A DNA stretch of 39,897 nt from Nemertoderma westbladi (taxonomy: Eukaryota > Animalia > Xenacoelomorpha), in contig JAUCBJ010003460.1 in the NCBI GenBank assembly GCA_032718475.1, positions 1 to 39,897 of the forward strand. The letters are read 5' to 3'. The notes below the pieces were generated by a model, which did not search any database, had not been told where the DNA came from, and worked only from the letters and a program-made list of their open reading frames with translations. Shown one piece after another: positions 1 to 11,448 of this stretch (position 1 is its first letter; each line of letters starts with the position of its first letter). Position numbers and translations under genes: made by a program.

Positions 1-276
1 CATAAACCATACAGTTCTCTACAAGCACCAGTATAATTTTAGCTTCTTCCATGTAAAAATGTCTGAAACAGATCAAACTTTTTCCCTGCTGAATTTGACC
101 TTTATTCCACCGTCTTCCGACATCGTGTGGTATACATTAGAACTACATATTATTCAGAAGTGGTTACATGGTTTGGTTATATAACATTACTATAGTTATA
201 CATATTTGTTAGTTTCTACACACATGCGTTTAGTTAATGTAATAGATTTGTGTTAGATACGCTCACTGACGTGACA
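1..276 (-). repeat. 3' LTR (partial) of BEL/Pao element
   Basis: Matches 4438-4713. On the minus strand it begins TGTCACGTCAG directly after the PPT. Confidence 0.95.
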
Positions 277-286
277 TTCCCCCTTC
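277..286 (-). promoter_or_regulatory. Polypurine tract (plus-strand primer)
   Basis: Minus strand reads GAAGGGGGAA, immediately followed by the LTR start TGT. Confidence 0.9.
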
Positions 287-397
287 AAACAAATTATAGT
301 TTATATTCTCAGCATGATATACTATGACATAATTAGAAGATCTACGTTCAGGTTAAATTATAATATTTACTGTTCTTATTACATTTACTCTATAGTT

Positions 398-1621
398 TTA
401 ATTAAATGGTATTAGAAGTACCATGTCAGAGATGGCTCTCTCATATATGGTTCGTTTGACAATACCTTTGAGGTCCGACCCAGGTTTGACTTTGCAGACT
501 TCAAGGTCAGCAGAACGTACCAAACCATCTGTGTTACATTTGACATTAATTACCCGGGCCATAGGCCACGCATTTCGTTTTATGGTTTTATCTCTTAAGA
601 GAACTATGTCTCCTTTTTTTAAATTTGTTTTCGACATTGTCCATTTGTGGCGAATTTGTAAAGTCTGTAGATAACCTTCGCGCCATCTCTTCCAAAACTC
701 ATCAGCTAGATGTTGAACTCTTCTCCATCGATTCTTACCATAGGCTAGAATATCTTCCTTGGAAAAGTTCTCAATTGGAGAAGGATGAGGATTATCCTTT
801 AGCGTTAATAACATTGCTGGTGATATTGGCTGTGGATCATTAGGGTCATAAGATACTTCCCACATCGGGGTAGAGTTCACAATTGCCGCCGCTTCCCAGA
901 GGAAAGTGTGAAGCTCGTCTCTTGATAGTAGTCGAGGACCTATTTCCATTAGAGTTGAATCGATTATTCTACGAATGGATCCGATTTTCCTTTCCCAAAC
1001 TCCACCAAAGTGCGAGGCATAAGGAGGATTTAAATCCCAAGTACAGTTGTGGTTCTTTAGTTCCTTCTGAATAACATCTAAATTTATATTGGCGTCTTGA
1101 TTTCTGGCTCCTATGAAATTAGATCCATGGTCACTACGTAAGTGTTGACAGCTACCACGGATTGATAGAAACCTGGAGAAAGCATTTTTGAAACTAGATG
1201 TATCCATTAGAGGGAGGAGTTCTATATGTACAGCTCTGGAAACCAAACAAGTTAGAAGCAGGCACCATACTTTCCTTTCTGCTTTGTTTCGACGAGTAGT
1301 ATTTCCCTCTCTAATGTGCCAAGGTCCCATCACGTCGAATCCTGTGTTGGAAAATGGTGCTGACTGTTCAAGACGATCTGCAGGGAGATCCGCCATTATT
1401 TGAGTAATAAACTTTCCACGTTGTTTTTTACATGATACACAATTTGCAAGATGTTCACGTATCATTGTTCTACCACTTTCTATATGAAAGCCGTTTTCTC
1501 TAATTGCACCATGTGTAATATGGCGTCCCTGATGATGTGTCAACATATGAAAATGGTACAGAATAGCAACTGTGAGTTTGTGATCTTTAGGAAGTAGGAG
1601 AGGATAGATCGAAAGAAACAT
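398..1621 (-). pseudogene. BEL/Pao integrase (HHCC zinc finger + DDE core + C-terminal domain), frameshifted from RT/RNase H
   Basis: HFHMLTHH...CVSC zinc finger; FDVMGP, LRSDHGSNF and GGVWERKI catalytic D/D/E motifs; RWRRVQHLADEFWKRWREGYL and GDIVLL...WPMARV...DGLVRS are typical of the BEL/Pao C-terminus. Confidence 0.92.
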
Positions 1622-4100
1622 CTGCGTGTCTCAACCGACCTCCGACACGTATTAATTGGTTTTCATCAATGACAGGACAAAGTTTACTCAATGGATGAGC
1701 CTCTGGAACAGGTTTTCCATCAGATAAACTACTAATAATGTCACTATATCTGCTTTGTTGAGCATCCTTCACTAAAATCCTTATAGCTTCTTTATGAAGA
1801 TTTGAAGTGGATCGTGGTGCTAAGGAAATTCCAAGCTTTTGGCGTATCTTATCAACTTTCATTCTGATCATTGATAGAATTCTTTCAATAGTATTTACCA
1901 TTATGGACCACTTACTAACTCTTAAAAACAATGAATCAATTAAAGTATTGGATTTATTAAATGACTTCAACGTCAAAAGTGATATTTTTTCCAGTCTCTT
2001 TTCTATTATAACCTCTGGTAGATTTACTAAAGGAATCGGCTCATAATCTTCTTGTTTTAGATTTTCTTGCCATAGAAAGTTGGGACCTTTTAACCATGAT
2101 GTAGCAAGAAGAGAAGAGGGGTCCATCGGACGTGTAGTCATATCTGCAGGGTTATCTGATGAGTTAATATAGTACCATTGACTATAAACAGATGTGTTTA
2201 AGATAAGTTCAACTCTCCGGGTAACGTATTTGGAGAAACGTCTTTCTTCATTTGATAAGTACCCCAATACTACCTTGCTATCACTATAAAAGTAAATCCT
2301 TGTTGGTTTGGTGCTAAGTTCTGATATAGTAGCCTCTACGGCATGGGCGCAGTCTGTTGCAGCACATAATTCTAGTCTTGGTATTGAAGTTGCAGATCTT
2401 GGTGCTACTTTGGCATCTGCACACAATAACGATACATGTATATTGGAATTAGTGCTTTTTGAACGCATATATAAGACACAGCCAATTGCATCTTTTGATG
2501 CATCAGCAAATGCGTGAAGCTCTTGTTCACTAACCTCACCGAAGGTTGATGGATAGAAACATCTTGGTATACATATTTTGTCTAACTTATTAAGAGATTG
2601 TTTCCAATTTTCCCAGGATGTTCTATAAGATTCCGGAAGTGGGTCATCCCATCCAGAGTTATCAAGACCATTTGCTGATTGTGTCTTAGGGGGGATAACT
2701 TCTCTCTGAAAGAGTCTGCCTGCTAATACAATAGGACAAACAAAGCCTATGGGGTCAAAAATGGTATTTATCACTGAGAGAATACCTCGTTTTGTGAATG
2801 GTTTATCAGGTATAGACACTGAAATAATGAAACTATCGGTATTTATGTCCCATGCAACACCAAGAGCTCGTTGTATAGGGGCATCATCGAAATCAATGTG
2901 TGCTAAGTCAGTTGCGCATTCTGACTTTGGAAAAGCATCTAAAACTTCTTTTTTATTAGATACTATTTTATGTAGTCTTATATGGAATCTTTCTAGGGTT
3001 GATTTCGCACTGGCTAGAGTCTCTATTGCTGAAGTTACTGTAGCAGCACAGCCTAAACCATCATCAACATAAAAGTTATCATTTATATAAGTCTTTGCTT
3101 TTGGTATGATTTGACTGTGGAGGTTTGGGGTTGTATTGACTAATTCATCTGAAGATTCTATTTCAGTTGCATACCGTAGTCCAAATATTGCTATAGGTGG
3201 ACTAGGTTTATTACCGAAAATATGGACTCTGGCACGATACTGAACAATTTTCTTGTTAGGATCATTATCTTCAAACCAGTAGAAACGGAGAAAATCTCGA
3301 TGTTCCTTATTTAAATGAAAGGAATGAAACATTGATTCTATGTCAGCAACAAATGCTACAGGGTGTTCTCTAAATCTCATAAGTACTCCGCGTAATCTGT
3401 TATTTTGGTCTGGTCCTGAAAGAAGAACAGAGTTCAAACTAACACCATGATAAGAAGCAGAACTATCAAAGACAATTCGTAATTTCTTTCTTGGATGAGT
3501 GACGGGAAAAACTGGGAGGTACCAGCACTTTCCTTGTGTACAAATCAATTCTGTAGTTGGAATTACTTCTATATGGCGAGCATCTATAGATTTTTCCATA
3601 AATTTTATCGAATCTGAAAGTTTGTCTGGTTCCCGCTTTAAGCGTTGTAGTGTATTATTTGTTCTATTAAATACAGCTGCCCTGTTATCAGGTAGAGATG
3701 GATCTTCCATTTTAAAAGGCAGTGGCATCTCTAAGTGCCCTTCTTGATTTATATGAATTGCTTTTCCCATTTTATCTAAGAATAGTCTATCTTGAATAGA
3801 AAAGCCGGGCATTTCATCATCGCGATACCGTTTGAATATCTCATTAATTTGATGTCTATCATCATTGTGTTCTGGAAGAAATAAATTACTCCCTTTGGGT
3901 TGAAATGTTAATTTGGCCGAATAGTGATCATGAATCGTGCTGGTGCGTAGGGTTCGAAAATCATCATTATTTTCGGGAATATTGTTGGGACAAGCTTGGC
4001 CAACTAATGCCCATCCTAGGGCTGTGTGGTGAACAAATGGTGCCGTTTCATTAAGACACTCTGTAGCAAGAATATTACCACCATCTTGTCCTAATATTGT
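1587..4100 (-). pseudogene. BEL/Pao pol: reverse transcriptase + RNase H, 5'-deleted
   Basis: WYLPVFPV, KLRIVFDSS, ADIESMFH, FYVDDG (RT); HAFADASKDAIG, SIPRLELCAA, YSDSKVVL, NPADMTTR (RNase H). The frame stays open upstream of the ATG at 3812 to 4100 and includes APFVHHTALGWALVG, the post-protease motif. Confidence 0.92.
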
Positions 4101-4131
4101 TCAAATAATATAGGAAGTACCGTCTTTTTAC

Positions 4132-4713
4132 TGTCTTGAGCGGACCATGATAACAAGCCTCAATTCACAGTCTTTTCAAGTAGTTTACGCACCCCTTCAA
4201 ACCCATGCTCAATAATTAATAAAACACAGTTATTAATCCAATATTCTTATAATAGTTAATTAAAGATATAATTGAACACGATTATTAGGGAGTGGTAAAA
4301 AGACGGTACTTCCTATATTATTTGAACAATAATAACTCCTAAGTATAATATAATATTGTTGGATATTGTAATTACGTTTTTCAATATATAAGGATTTTCT
4401 ACCCATATCTGTCTTTCTATTTGCTATTCGTCAAAGTCATAAACCATACAGTTCTCTACAAGCACCAGTATAATTTTAGCTTCTTCCATGTAAAAATGTC
4501 TGAAACAGATCAAACTTTTTCCCTGCTGAATTTGACCTTTATTCCACCGTCTTCCGACATCGTGTGGTATACATTAGAACTACATATTATTCAGAAGTGG
4601 TTACATGGTTTGGTTATATAACATTACTATAGTTATACATATTTGTTAGTTTCTACACACATGCGTTTAGTTAATGTAATAGATTTGTGTTAGATACGCT
4701 CACTGACGTGACA
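4132..4713 (-). repeat. 5' LTR (about 582 bp) of BEL/Pao element
   Basis: Termini TGTC...GACA. The right boundary is fixed by identity with 1-276. The left boundary is inferred from the terminal inverted tetramer, because the matching end of the 3' LTR is outside the window. Confidence 0.8.
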
Positions 4714-5530
4714 GTGTTGCTTTATTATTTTTGTTAGGGTGTAGGGTAGGCAGGGTTAGCTGGTTAGGGGGGTAAAGGAATAGGCCTAACGCAGTAACGG
4801 TATTGTAGAAAACCCAATTTTATTGAGAATCATCAATCATATGTTCAGGCTTACCGGTAGGCCTATATGTAGTGTAGGTAGGGTAGGTGTATGCGTTGTA
4901 GGCGTATGAGTACGTCAGTACGTGTAGGATTAGCGTTTACCCCCGCAGGGTTAGTTCTCTCATCTACCATATAGGCTCCATATAGGCCTATAGGCTAGTC
5001 CCGGTCCTACTAATTACCCAACTTTACCCAAATCTACCCAACTTTACCCAAACTTACCCAACTTTACCCCACTTTACCCAACTTTTTACCCAACTTTACC
5101 CAAATTTACCCCACTTTACCCAATACCACCCAACTTTACCCAACTTTACCCAATCGAATACCCAACTACCTATCTGCCGACCAGTGATGCAATACAGTAC
5201 AGCAGAAGGCTTACTTACTTACTACAGTACCGGACCAGTAGGCCTACTGTCTGACAGTAGCATTCCAGCAGTCTGTCTGGCAGTTTAATACTGCAGTACT
5301 GTCAGACTGTACAGCTGTAATACAGTAGGTCATAGTAGGAATGGTTTGTATCAGTGTAGGCCTATGCAGCTATGGCTTCATGTTTATAGCTGTAGTGTAT
5401 AGTCAGTCGGTGAGAAGTCAAAAATTGGACTTCAAGTCCAATTTTAGACTTCAAGTCCAATTTTTGACTCCGAAGTCCAATATTGGACTTTAGTACAACT
5501 CCAAGTGTACCCATGCTGCCATACTGTATA

Positions 5531-8038
5531 CCCTGCAAACAATGTATTGTTAAAAAGCTGTTACTAAAATGTTATTTAATGACATAGATAACATTATTTC
5601 AAATTGTTAGATTAATGATAAAAAAACTGTAAATTGGCCAAGAAATATGACGTTATATACTAACGTTATTATTTCGTTTTTAATAACATTAAAATAACAA
5701 AGCCAGGATGGTTACATATATCATTACTTTTATGTTATTCCTTATCATTATTATTGTATTTTTAATGACATTAAAATAACAACGGCATACTGTTTATTTA
5801 GATCGTTACTTTTATGTTATTTCTTAACATAAAAATATTGTTTGCTAAAAACGTAACATTAAATTTACGTGCAATTAAGCCCTTCTATCATGTTTTATGG
5901 TTCGCTTGCTCAAACTAATAATCCCCCTCTATTGCCGTTCCTTATATCGTTCTTTGTAATTGCCAAACCCTTTATTGAATAATTAATTAATAATTTCCCT
6001 ACGCATGTTGATATGGTAGTGGCAGGCTACAATCTCTAACACAGTTTGATTGAATACAATTTTGTTGTAGGCAATTGTATGCAAATTAATAACAATTAAA
6101 AGGTATAACATGAATTGAATTTTTTCTATAATGACCAGTCAGAAACAAATAATGAAATAAACAGCAAAATCAAAGTAAAATATCACAGAATAAGTAAATA
6201 ACAAATATATGGCTGTATGGCCCATTACGTAAATGGTTTTGATATTTCGGTTAAAGTTAATCACAGACTTAAAAAGAATATGTTTATGACGTAATAATAA
6301 GTGATAACAACATAATGAATTGCATCAATTAAAATACTTTGAGTTAATATTATTCACTAGATTTATAGATCTGATTTGTAGTCTATATAAAATAATGTAG
6401 ATAGATAGATATGTTTATTGACAATTTACATATGCGGTACAAATAATATCAAATATAATACTGCACAAAACCTTTACGATAATTAGTTATTGACACAGTT
6501 ATATAAATTGTCCAGTAGATTTTTGAAACTGTCTATTTTGTCTTGAGAACTTTAGCGAATACTAAAATTATTTCAACGTAATTTAACACAAAAATAACAA
6601 ACAAACCGACATAATAAATCTGAATATCTAGTGAATGGTAATAACCTACGCTTAATATACAGACATTACTGACTCTATATACCTACACATTTGTTCAATA
6701 TTATCCATATTACCATTGAAAAAGATACATATACATGTACATATAGTGGGTTTAATAAATAATACCTCACAACAATGTTAAATTTATTAAAAGGAGCAGG
6801 TTACAGTTGGCTACAGAGGCACATATACAGATTTTACAGATTTATTTCTGGGAGAGTAATCAGTACTTATTTGAATCGATATCTCCCTGGAGAGGGATGA
6901 TTTTGATTGCATCGCAAATCTTCCCTATCTGAACAAATCATATTTAAAAAATTAAATGTTAATTATAATTATAGCTGAGTGAGCTTCATTTATTAAACTG
7001 TAAAAATAAATCAATAGGCCTAGGCCCTACAAAAGTACAATCTAAAAACTGAAACAATAAATAGTTTGAAATAACAGTTAATGTGAAGTTTTCAAATCGA
7101 ATCCAAAGTTTTGTAGTAATGCTGTCCCTGTGCCCTGCCCCTTCAACTGAAAACTGGGACCTCCCAATAATAAGAATTCCAATCTTTAGTCCTCGGCTGT
7201 TGAAATCCACCATCAGTACAGACAAATAAGTCAATCCTCCACCTGTCAGTGCTGGTTTAAGGGGACTTCCTGGTCCTGGCAGACTTGAATTCTGTAATTG
7301 GTAGGTCTAATGCAGTAATGTGTGAATCCAGAGGGTAAAGGCGAACTCGCATTCAGGTAGATATGTTTTATTTATGAGTTCAGGTTAAATAAATCACAAA
7401 ACCAAAACTATAAAACCAAAAATATAAGCTACTGTACAGTGCAGTAGGCCTGCAGTAACTACACTACAGCACTACAGTAATATAGAGATAGGCCTTGCAG
7501 TACAGCAGTATAACAATACATATACACAATAAACATTGAATACAGGCATGCCAAAATGAGTATTGTACAACATACCATACTGTATACTATTTTACATGTG
7601 GAAAATTCCTCCATTACCGCCAATTTTAAAATTAGCCAATCATCAATCTCAGATTGGATTATAGAAGTGACAGCAGCGTCTATCGCATAATGTTTATTTT
7701 ATGTGACAAAATAACATTGTTCTGATATGTAACAAACCATGTTCTTAAAATGTTAGAACTAAACACTTATAAAACATTTTTGACTAATGTTTATGTTCTC
7801 ACATTAAAATTACGTTTTTCTAACATCAACAGTTATCATTTATTTAATGTCTGACAAAGACATTATAGAGTAATGTTAAATAATAAGTAATGTTACAACG
7901 TAATGTTACATTACAAAGTAATGTTACATATATTGAACATCTAAATATTCTATCAAACAAGGGAATGACATTTATCAACATTTATAACAAATTAATGATG
8001 TTTTTCTGACATTCCTCGAAAGTAAATTGTTTGCAGGG
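5531..8038. mobile_element. Non-autonomous DNA transposon with CCC termini and TA flanks (CMC/EnSpm-like), innermost of the nest
   Basis: TIR CCCTGCAAACAAT / ATTGTTTGCAGGG flanked by TA on both sides. AT-rich subterminal regions with many TAACATT/AATGTTA motifs at both ends. Confidence 0.7.
6789..6932 (+). repeat. Copy of a ~160-bp dispersed repeat family
   Basis: AAAGGAGCAGGTTACAGT...CCCTGGAGAGGGATGA...CCCTATCTG, shared with 13569-13734 and (reverse) 32152-32302. Confidence 0.65.
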
Positions 8039-8404
8039 TATCGGTATTTAAATCAAAACTGCATCCCGTATCAGTACATATATATTACATAATTACCATG
8101 ATACATTATTTTAATGATCAAATTAATTATTATATGTATTATAAACAGGGATCGCACACGTACAGTCAGACATCAGTAGTTACTTTTTGCGGTAGTGGTA
8201 TAGCTTTGCGGTAGCCTTACTGCCTTAGCGGTGTATACCAGTATACCGCGGTAGCGTAGTGGAGTTATAGCTGTCTGGCTGTATAGTTCATTCATACCCA
8301 TACTGCCATACCTGTGGTATTTTCGTATAAGACTGCCGTACTGTAAACTGTCACCTATTATGTTATTGAGTTAATGTTTATTGACTAATTGTTTTGATTA
8401 GGTT

Positions 8405-8824
8405 CACTGTGTCAAGTACAATGCACACATCTCTGCATCTCCAACCAAACACTATATAACATTGGAGTTGGAGGTGTCTCATTCAGTCATTGGTTCCCCC
8501 AAGCTTGACACTAGAACAAAGCCGCCTCCGCTTTGTAGGACATCGCTTTAAGCCGTGAGAACCAGCCAGTGCACCTCATGGAGTGAATAAGCATGGTGGA
8601 CAGCCCATAACTTTCTTGAGACGCATCTTTCTTACTGTCTTAAAGGACACTGGCCTTGGAGATGCGGATGATCTAGCAAATGTCATGGGTGATAAGGCTG
8701 TAAGAGTGTAAGGGAGTTGTGGAGGCGCACTTTTGTCAACAAGCCGGCACAGCATTCTTAATACATAATAGGGCCTATATATATAATGCAGTTGCAATGA
8801 ATCATGCCGATTGGAGTAGTAGTA
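8405..8824 (+). mobile_element. Degenerate RTE-clade LINE 3' fragment
   Basis: Diverged reverse-complement homolog of 16648-17031; ends in a GTAGTAGTA tail. Confidence 0.7.
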
Positions 8825-10663
8825 TGTGGTGAGGATATAGGGCTCCTTCAATTGGTAAAGTCAAAAGTGGCCGTTTATTGTTTTAGTTAGAAAAACCTGC
8901 ATCTGTAACCTGTTCATTTCCCTCAATTGGTTTATGATTATGACGTCTGTTACTTGTTACTTCTGTACTTATTATGTGGAGACCCCAACACGTTAATCAG
9001 TTACTAATCCCATTTCATTATCCTGTTATCCAGCCGTTTTATAATACCCTTCCTGTTGTATGGAAAAATTAGAAGAGATGGTGGTAGCATCAACTTTGTA
9101 GTATTTCTTTCTGATAGGGCTCCCATAGCCTTAGACGAAATCGTAGCTTGTACTGTAGTTAGCCTTAGCAGCAGCTGCAGTTGGCTAACCTGGCATTGCT
9201 ACCAGTATTGCAGCATCCACCAAATATAATTTGTAATTAAATATTTGTTGGAGCATAATCTAATCTAGTCCTAAAGACACTATAAAGTCCTGGGTACATA
9301 AGGCTGTAAGGTTAGACATAACATGAATGTAAATTGTAAACTAAACAATATGCTAAAAGTAAAGCACAAAGTACCCAGAATGCTAGAATGTACCATTATA
9401 TTCTAAGTACAGTACAGTCATTACACTGACTGAAGATACATACAGAGCTGCTAAGGTAACTTTCCATAACTTAACATAACAGCTGTCTGGCTGTCTCTCA
9501 TATGTCATGCTTCATGTCTGCATGTACCTTTAAGTTCGATTCTCAATGTCACGTCCAAAATTGGACTTAAAGTCCAATATTGGACTTTTGTAAAAATTCA
9601 AAGCCTTATAAAAAAAAGTTCCCCCTGGTGAATTTCAGGTCCCCCTGTTCAAAACTCTTATTTTTTGATATATTTTCGATTAAAGAAAAAAAATCCCGCC
9701 CGATCCAATTACCCAAGGCCCTGGAACAATTGGCTGATTTGAAGTCCAATATTGGACTCACAGAAGTCCAATTTTGGACTTGAACTGGAGTCGAAGTCCA
9801 ATTTTGGACTCAAGTCCAATTTTTGACTTCTCACCGACTGATAGTCATACTCCAGTCAGCCAGTGCGGTACTTATAATCATAACATCTGAACATAACACA
9901 TCCAGACATCAATAAAATGATCAATATGGCTGTATGAGGGTGCATTTCGGGGTAGTGATGTTCTATAGAATAGACTTTAGTTTATTGTTTTGGTTAGAAT
10001 AACATGCCACTATAACCTGTTCCTTTCCCTAAATTGAGAATTTAACATTCAGGTTGAGATATACATCAAGTTTCCCTCTGCAGCCTTGCCTCCACTCCAA
10101 TCAGCCATTGGCAGATTGGATATGGTAGATAGGCCTAACTACTGAACTAATTGATTAGGCCTGATGATGGATTGTTGGATTGAAATGATTGGGTAAAGTT
10201 GGGTGGTATTGGGTAAAGTTGGGTAAAGTGGATTGGGTAATTGATTGGGTGAAGTTGGGTAAAGTTGGGTGGTATTGGGTAAAGTGTGGTATAGTTGGGT
10301 AAAGTTGGGTAAAAAGTTGGGTAAAATTGGGTAAAGTTGGGTGAAGTTGGGTAAAGTTGGGTGGAGTTGGGTAAAGTTGGGTATTTAGTAGGACCCGGCT
10401 AGTCCTGCAGCTCTGTACCGTACCTGAGTCTGGCGTCCTACCTAAGTCCTGTAAGTCATAATCAATAGCCTATTGAAAAGTTTTACATGTACGCTGAACC
10501 CCGAACATGTTGGGCGCAGCATTACAACATGCATTCGGCGCAGACTATCAGACAGTTAGGCTCACATAGGTCTACCTACAGTACTGCAGTACTGTATTAC
10601 AGTATGATGCACATTACGGTAGGCCTACAGAAGGCTATGGCTGCAGCATGCAGATTGCAGACA

Positions 10664-10970
10664 CTTTAGTTTGAAACTTTTTTTAGGTTCCTACTTTAGT
10701 TTATAACTTTTTTATGTCCTACTTTAGTTTGAAACTTTTTTTATTTCCTACTTTAGTTTGAAACTTTTTTTATTTCCTACTTTAGTTTGAAACTTTTTTA
10801 TTTCCTACTTTAGTTTGAAACTTTTTTTATTTCCTACTTTAGTTTGAAACTTTTTTATGTCCTACTTTAGTTTGAAACTTTTTTTAGTTTCTACTTTAGT
10901 TTGAAACTTTTTTATTTCCTACTTTAGTTTGAAACTTTTTTTATTTCCTACTTTAGTTTGAAACTTTTTT
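10664..10970. repeat. Minisatellite, ~28-29 bp unit, about 11 copies
   Basis: Unit CTTTAGTTTGAAACTTTTTT(T)ATTTCCTA. Confidence 0.9.
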
Positions 10971-11448
10971 GCCGTTAAAAAAAATGAAAGTAAATTGGCC
11001 TAAACCAGCCACCGTAGTAATTGAAATTTAAAAGGATGGGAGGATCTTTTATTTATCATACTTACTTAATTACAGTACAGCAGTAGGCCTACCTAATTAA
11101 GCCATAGCATAAGTCGCCCAGCTGTAATAATGTCTGAATGTGCATTTTACTGTTTTTAACCTGCAAATTTACTTGTTTATTTCACTTATCGCTGCTATGA
11201 CTGTGATGTCTCCTGACACCGAATAATAAAAATACACAGTCACACAGCCAGAGAGCCAGCACAGTCCGCACAGTCAGACAGGTTAGGCCTACCCTTCAGG
11301 ATCGGACTTTTAAAAACGAGTTAATCTCCCGGTTTTTAGTAAAGTTATAGGCCTACCGGTAGCAGGTGGCGTGGTAGGCCTATGCCGATTCTGCTACTGC
11401 TATGCAGTAACAGAACATTCTGAACGTTGAATTTTTTTTATTACCGGT

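Larger units (their letters stand above)
1..4713 (-). mobile_element. BEL/Pao LTR retrotransposon, internally deleted (no gag/protease), 3' LTR truncated by window edge
   Basis: Direct repeats 1-276 and 4438-4713 (offset 4437, no differences seen by eye). Minus-strand pol has RT, RNase H and integrase in BEL/Pao order with family-typical motifs. A polypurine tract abuts the 3' LTR. Confidence 0.95.
5404..9840. mobile_element. Non-autonomous TIR DNA transposon with CAG termini and 5-bp TSD (hAT5-like), nested in the Mutator-like element
   Basis: 29-bp TIR CAGTCGGTGAGAAGTCAAAAATTGGACTT / AAGTCCAATTTTTGACTTCTCACCGACTG. Palindromic subterminal repeats AAGTCCAATTTTGGACTT. TSD ATAGT at 5399-5403 and 9841-9845. 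Confidence 0.85.
5002..10396. mobile_element. Non-autonomous Mutator/foldback-like DNA transposon with 9-bp TSD
   Basis: TIR cGGTCCTACTAAtTACCC / GGGTAtTTAGTAGGACCc. Mirrored subterminal 10-bp repeats TTTACCCAAC (about 5012-5170) and GTTGGGTAAA (about 10188-10383). TSD GGCTAGTCC at 4993-5001 and 10397-10405. Confidence 0.85.

Noticed and set aside
1587-1621. Programmed frameshift between RNase H and integrase
   Set aside because: BEL/Pao elements normally have a continuous pol. No slippery heptamer is seen and residues appear missing from the conserved motif, so a small deletion is more likely.
423-3747. Short + strand ORFs over the retrotransposon (and likewise over the BAIAP3-like gene)
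   Set aside because: Antisense shadow ORFs of real coding sequence.
4132-4149. TGGTCCGCTCAAG as a tRNA-Tyr-type PBS after a CA at 4148
   Set aside because: It matches the usual TGGTCCTTCGAGCCGG only over 6 nt. The TGTC...GACA termini and the exact end of the 37-nt duplex favour 4132. Not fully excluded without the other LTR end.
6986-7300. GC-richer patch with an 82-aa ORF inside the nested elements (possible captured exon)
   Set aside because: No recognisable motif, and I could not support a coding frame without a search.
5012-10383. TTTACCCAAC / GTTGGGTAAA runs as interstitial telomere or fusion site
   Set aside because: They are 10-bp subterminal repeats inside a TIR pair bounded by a 9-bp TSD.
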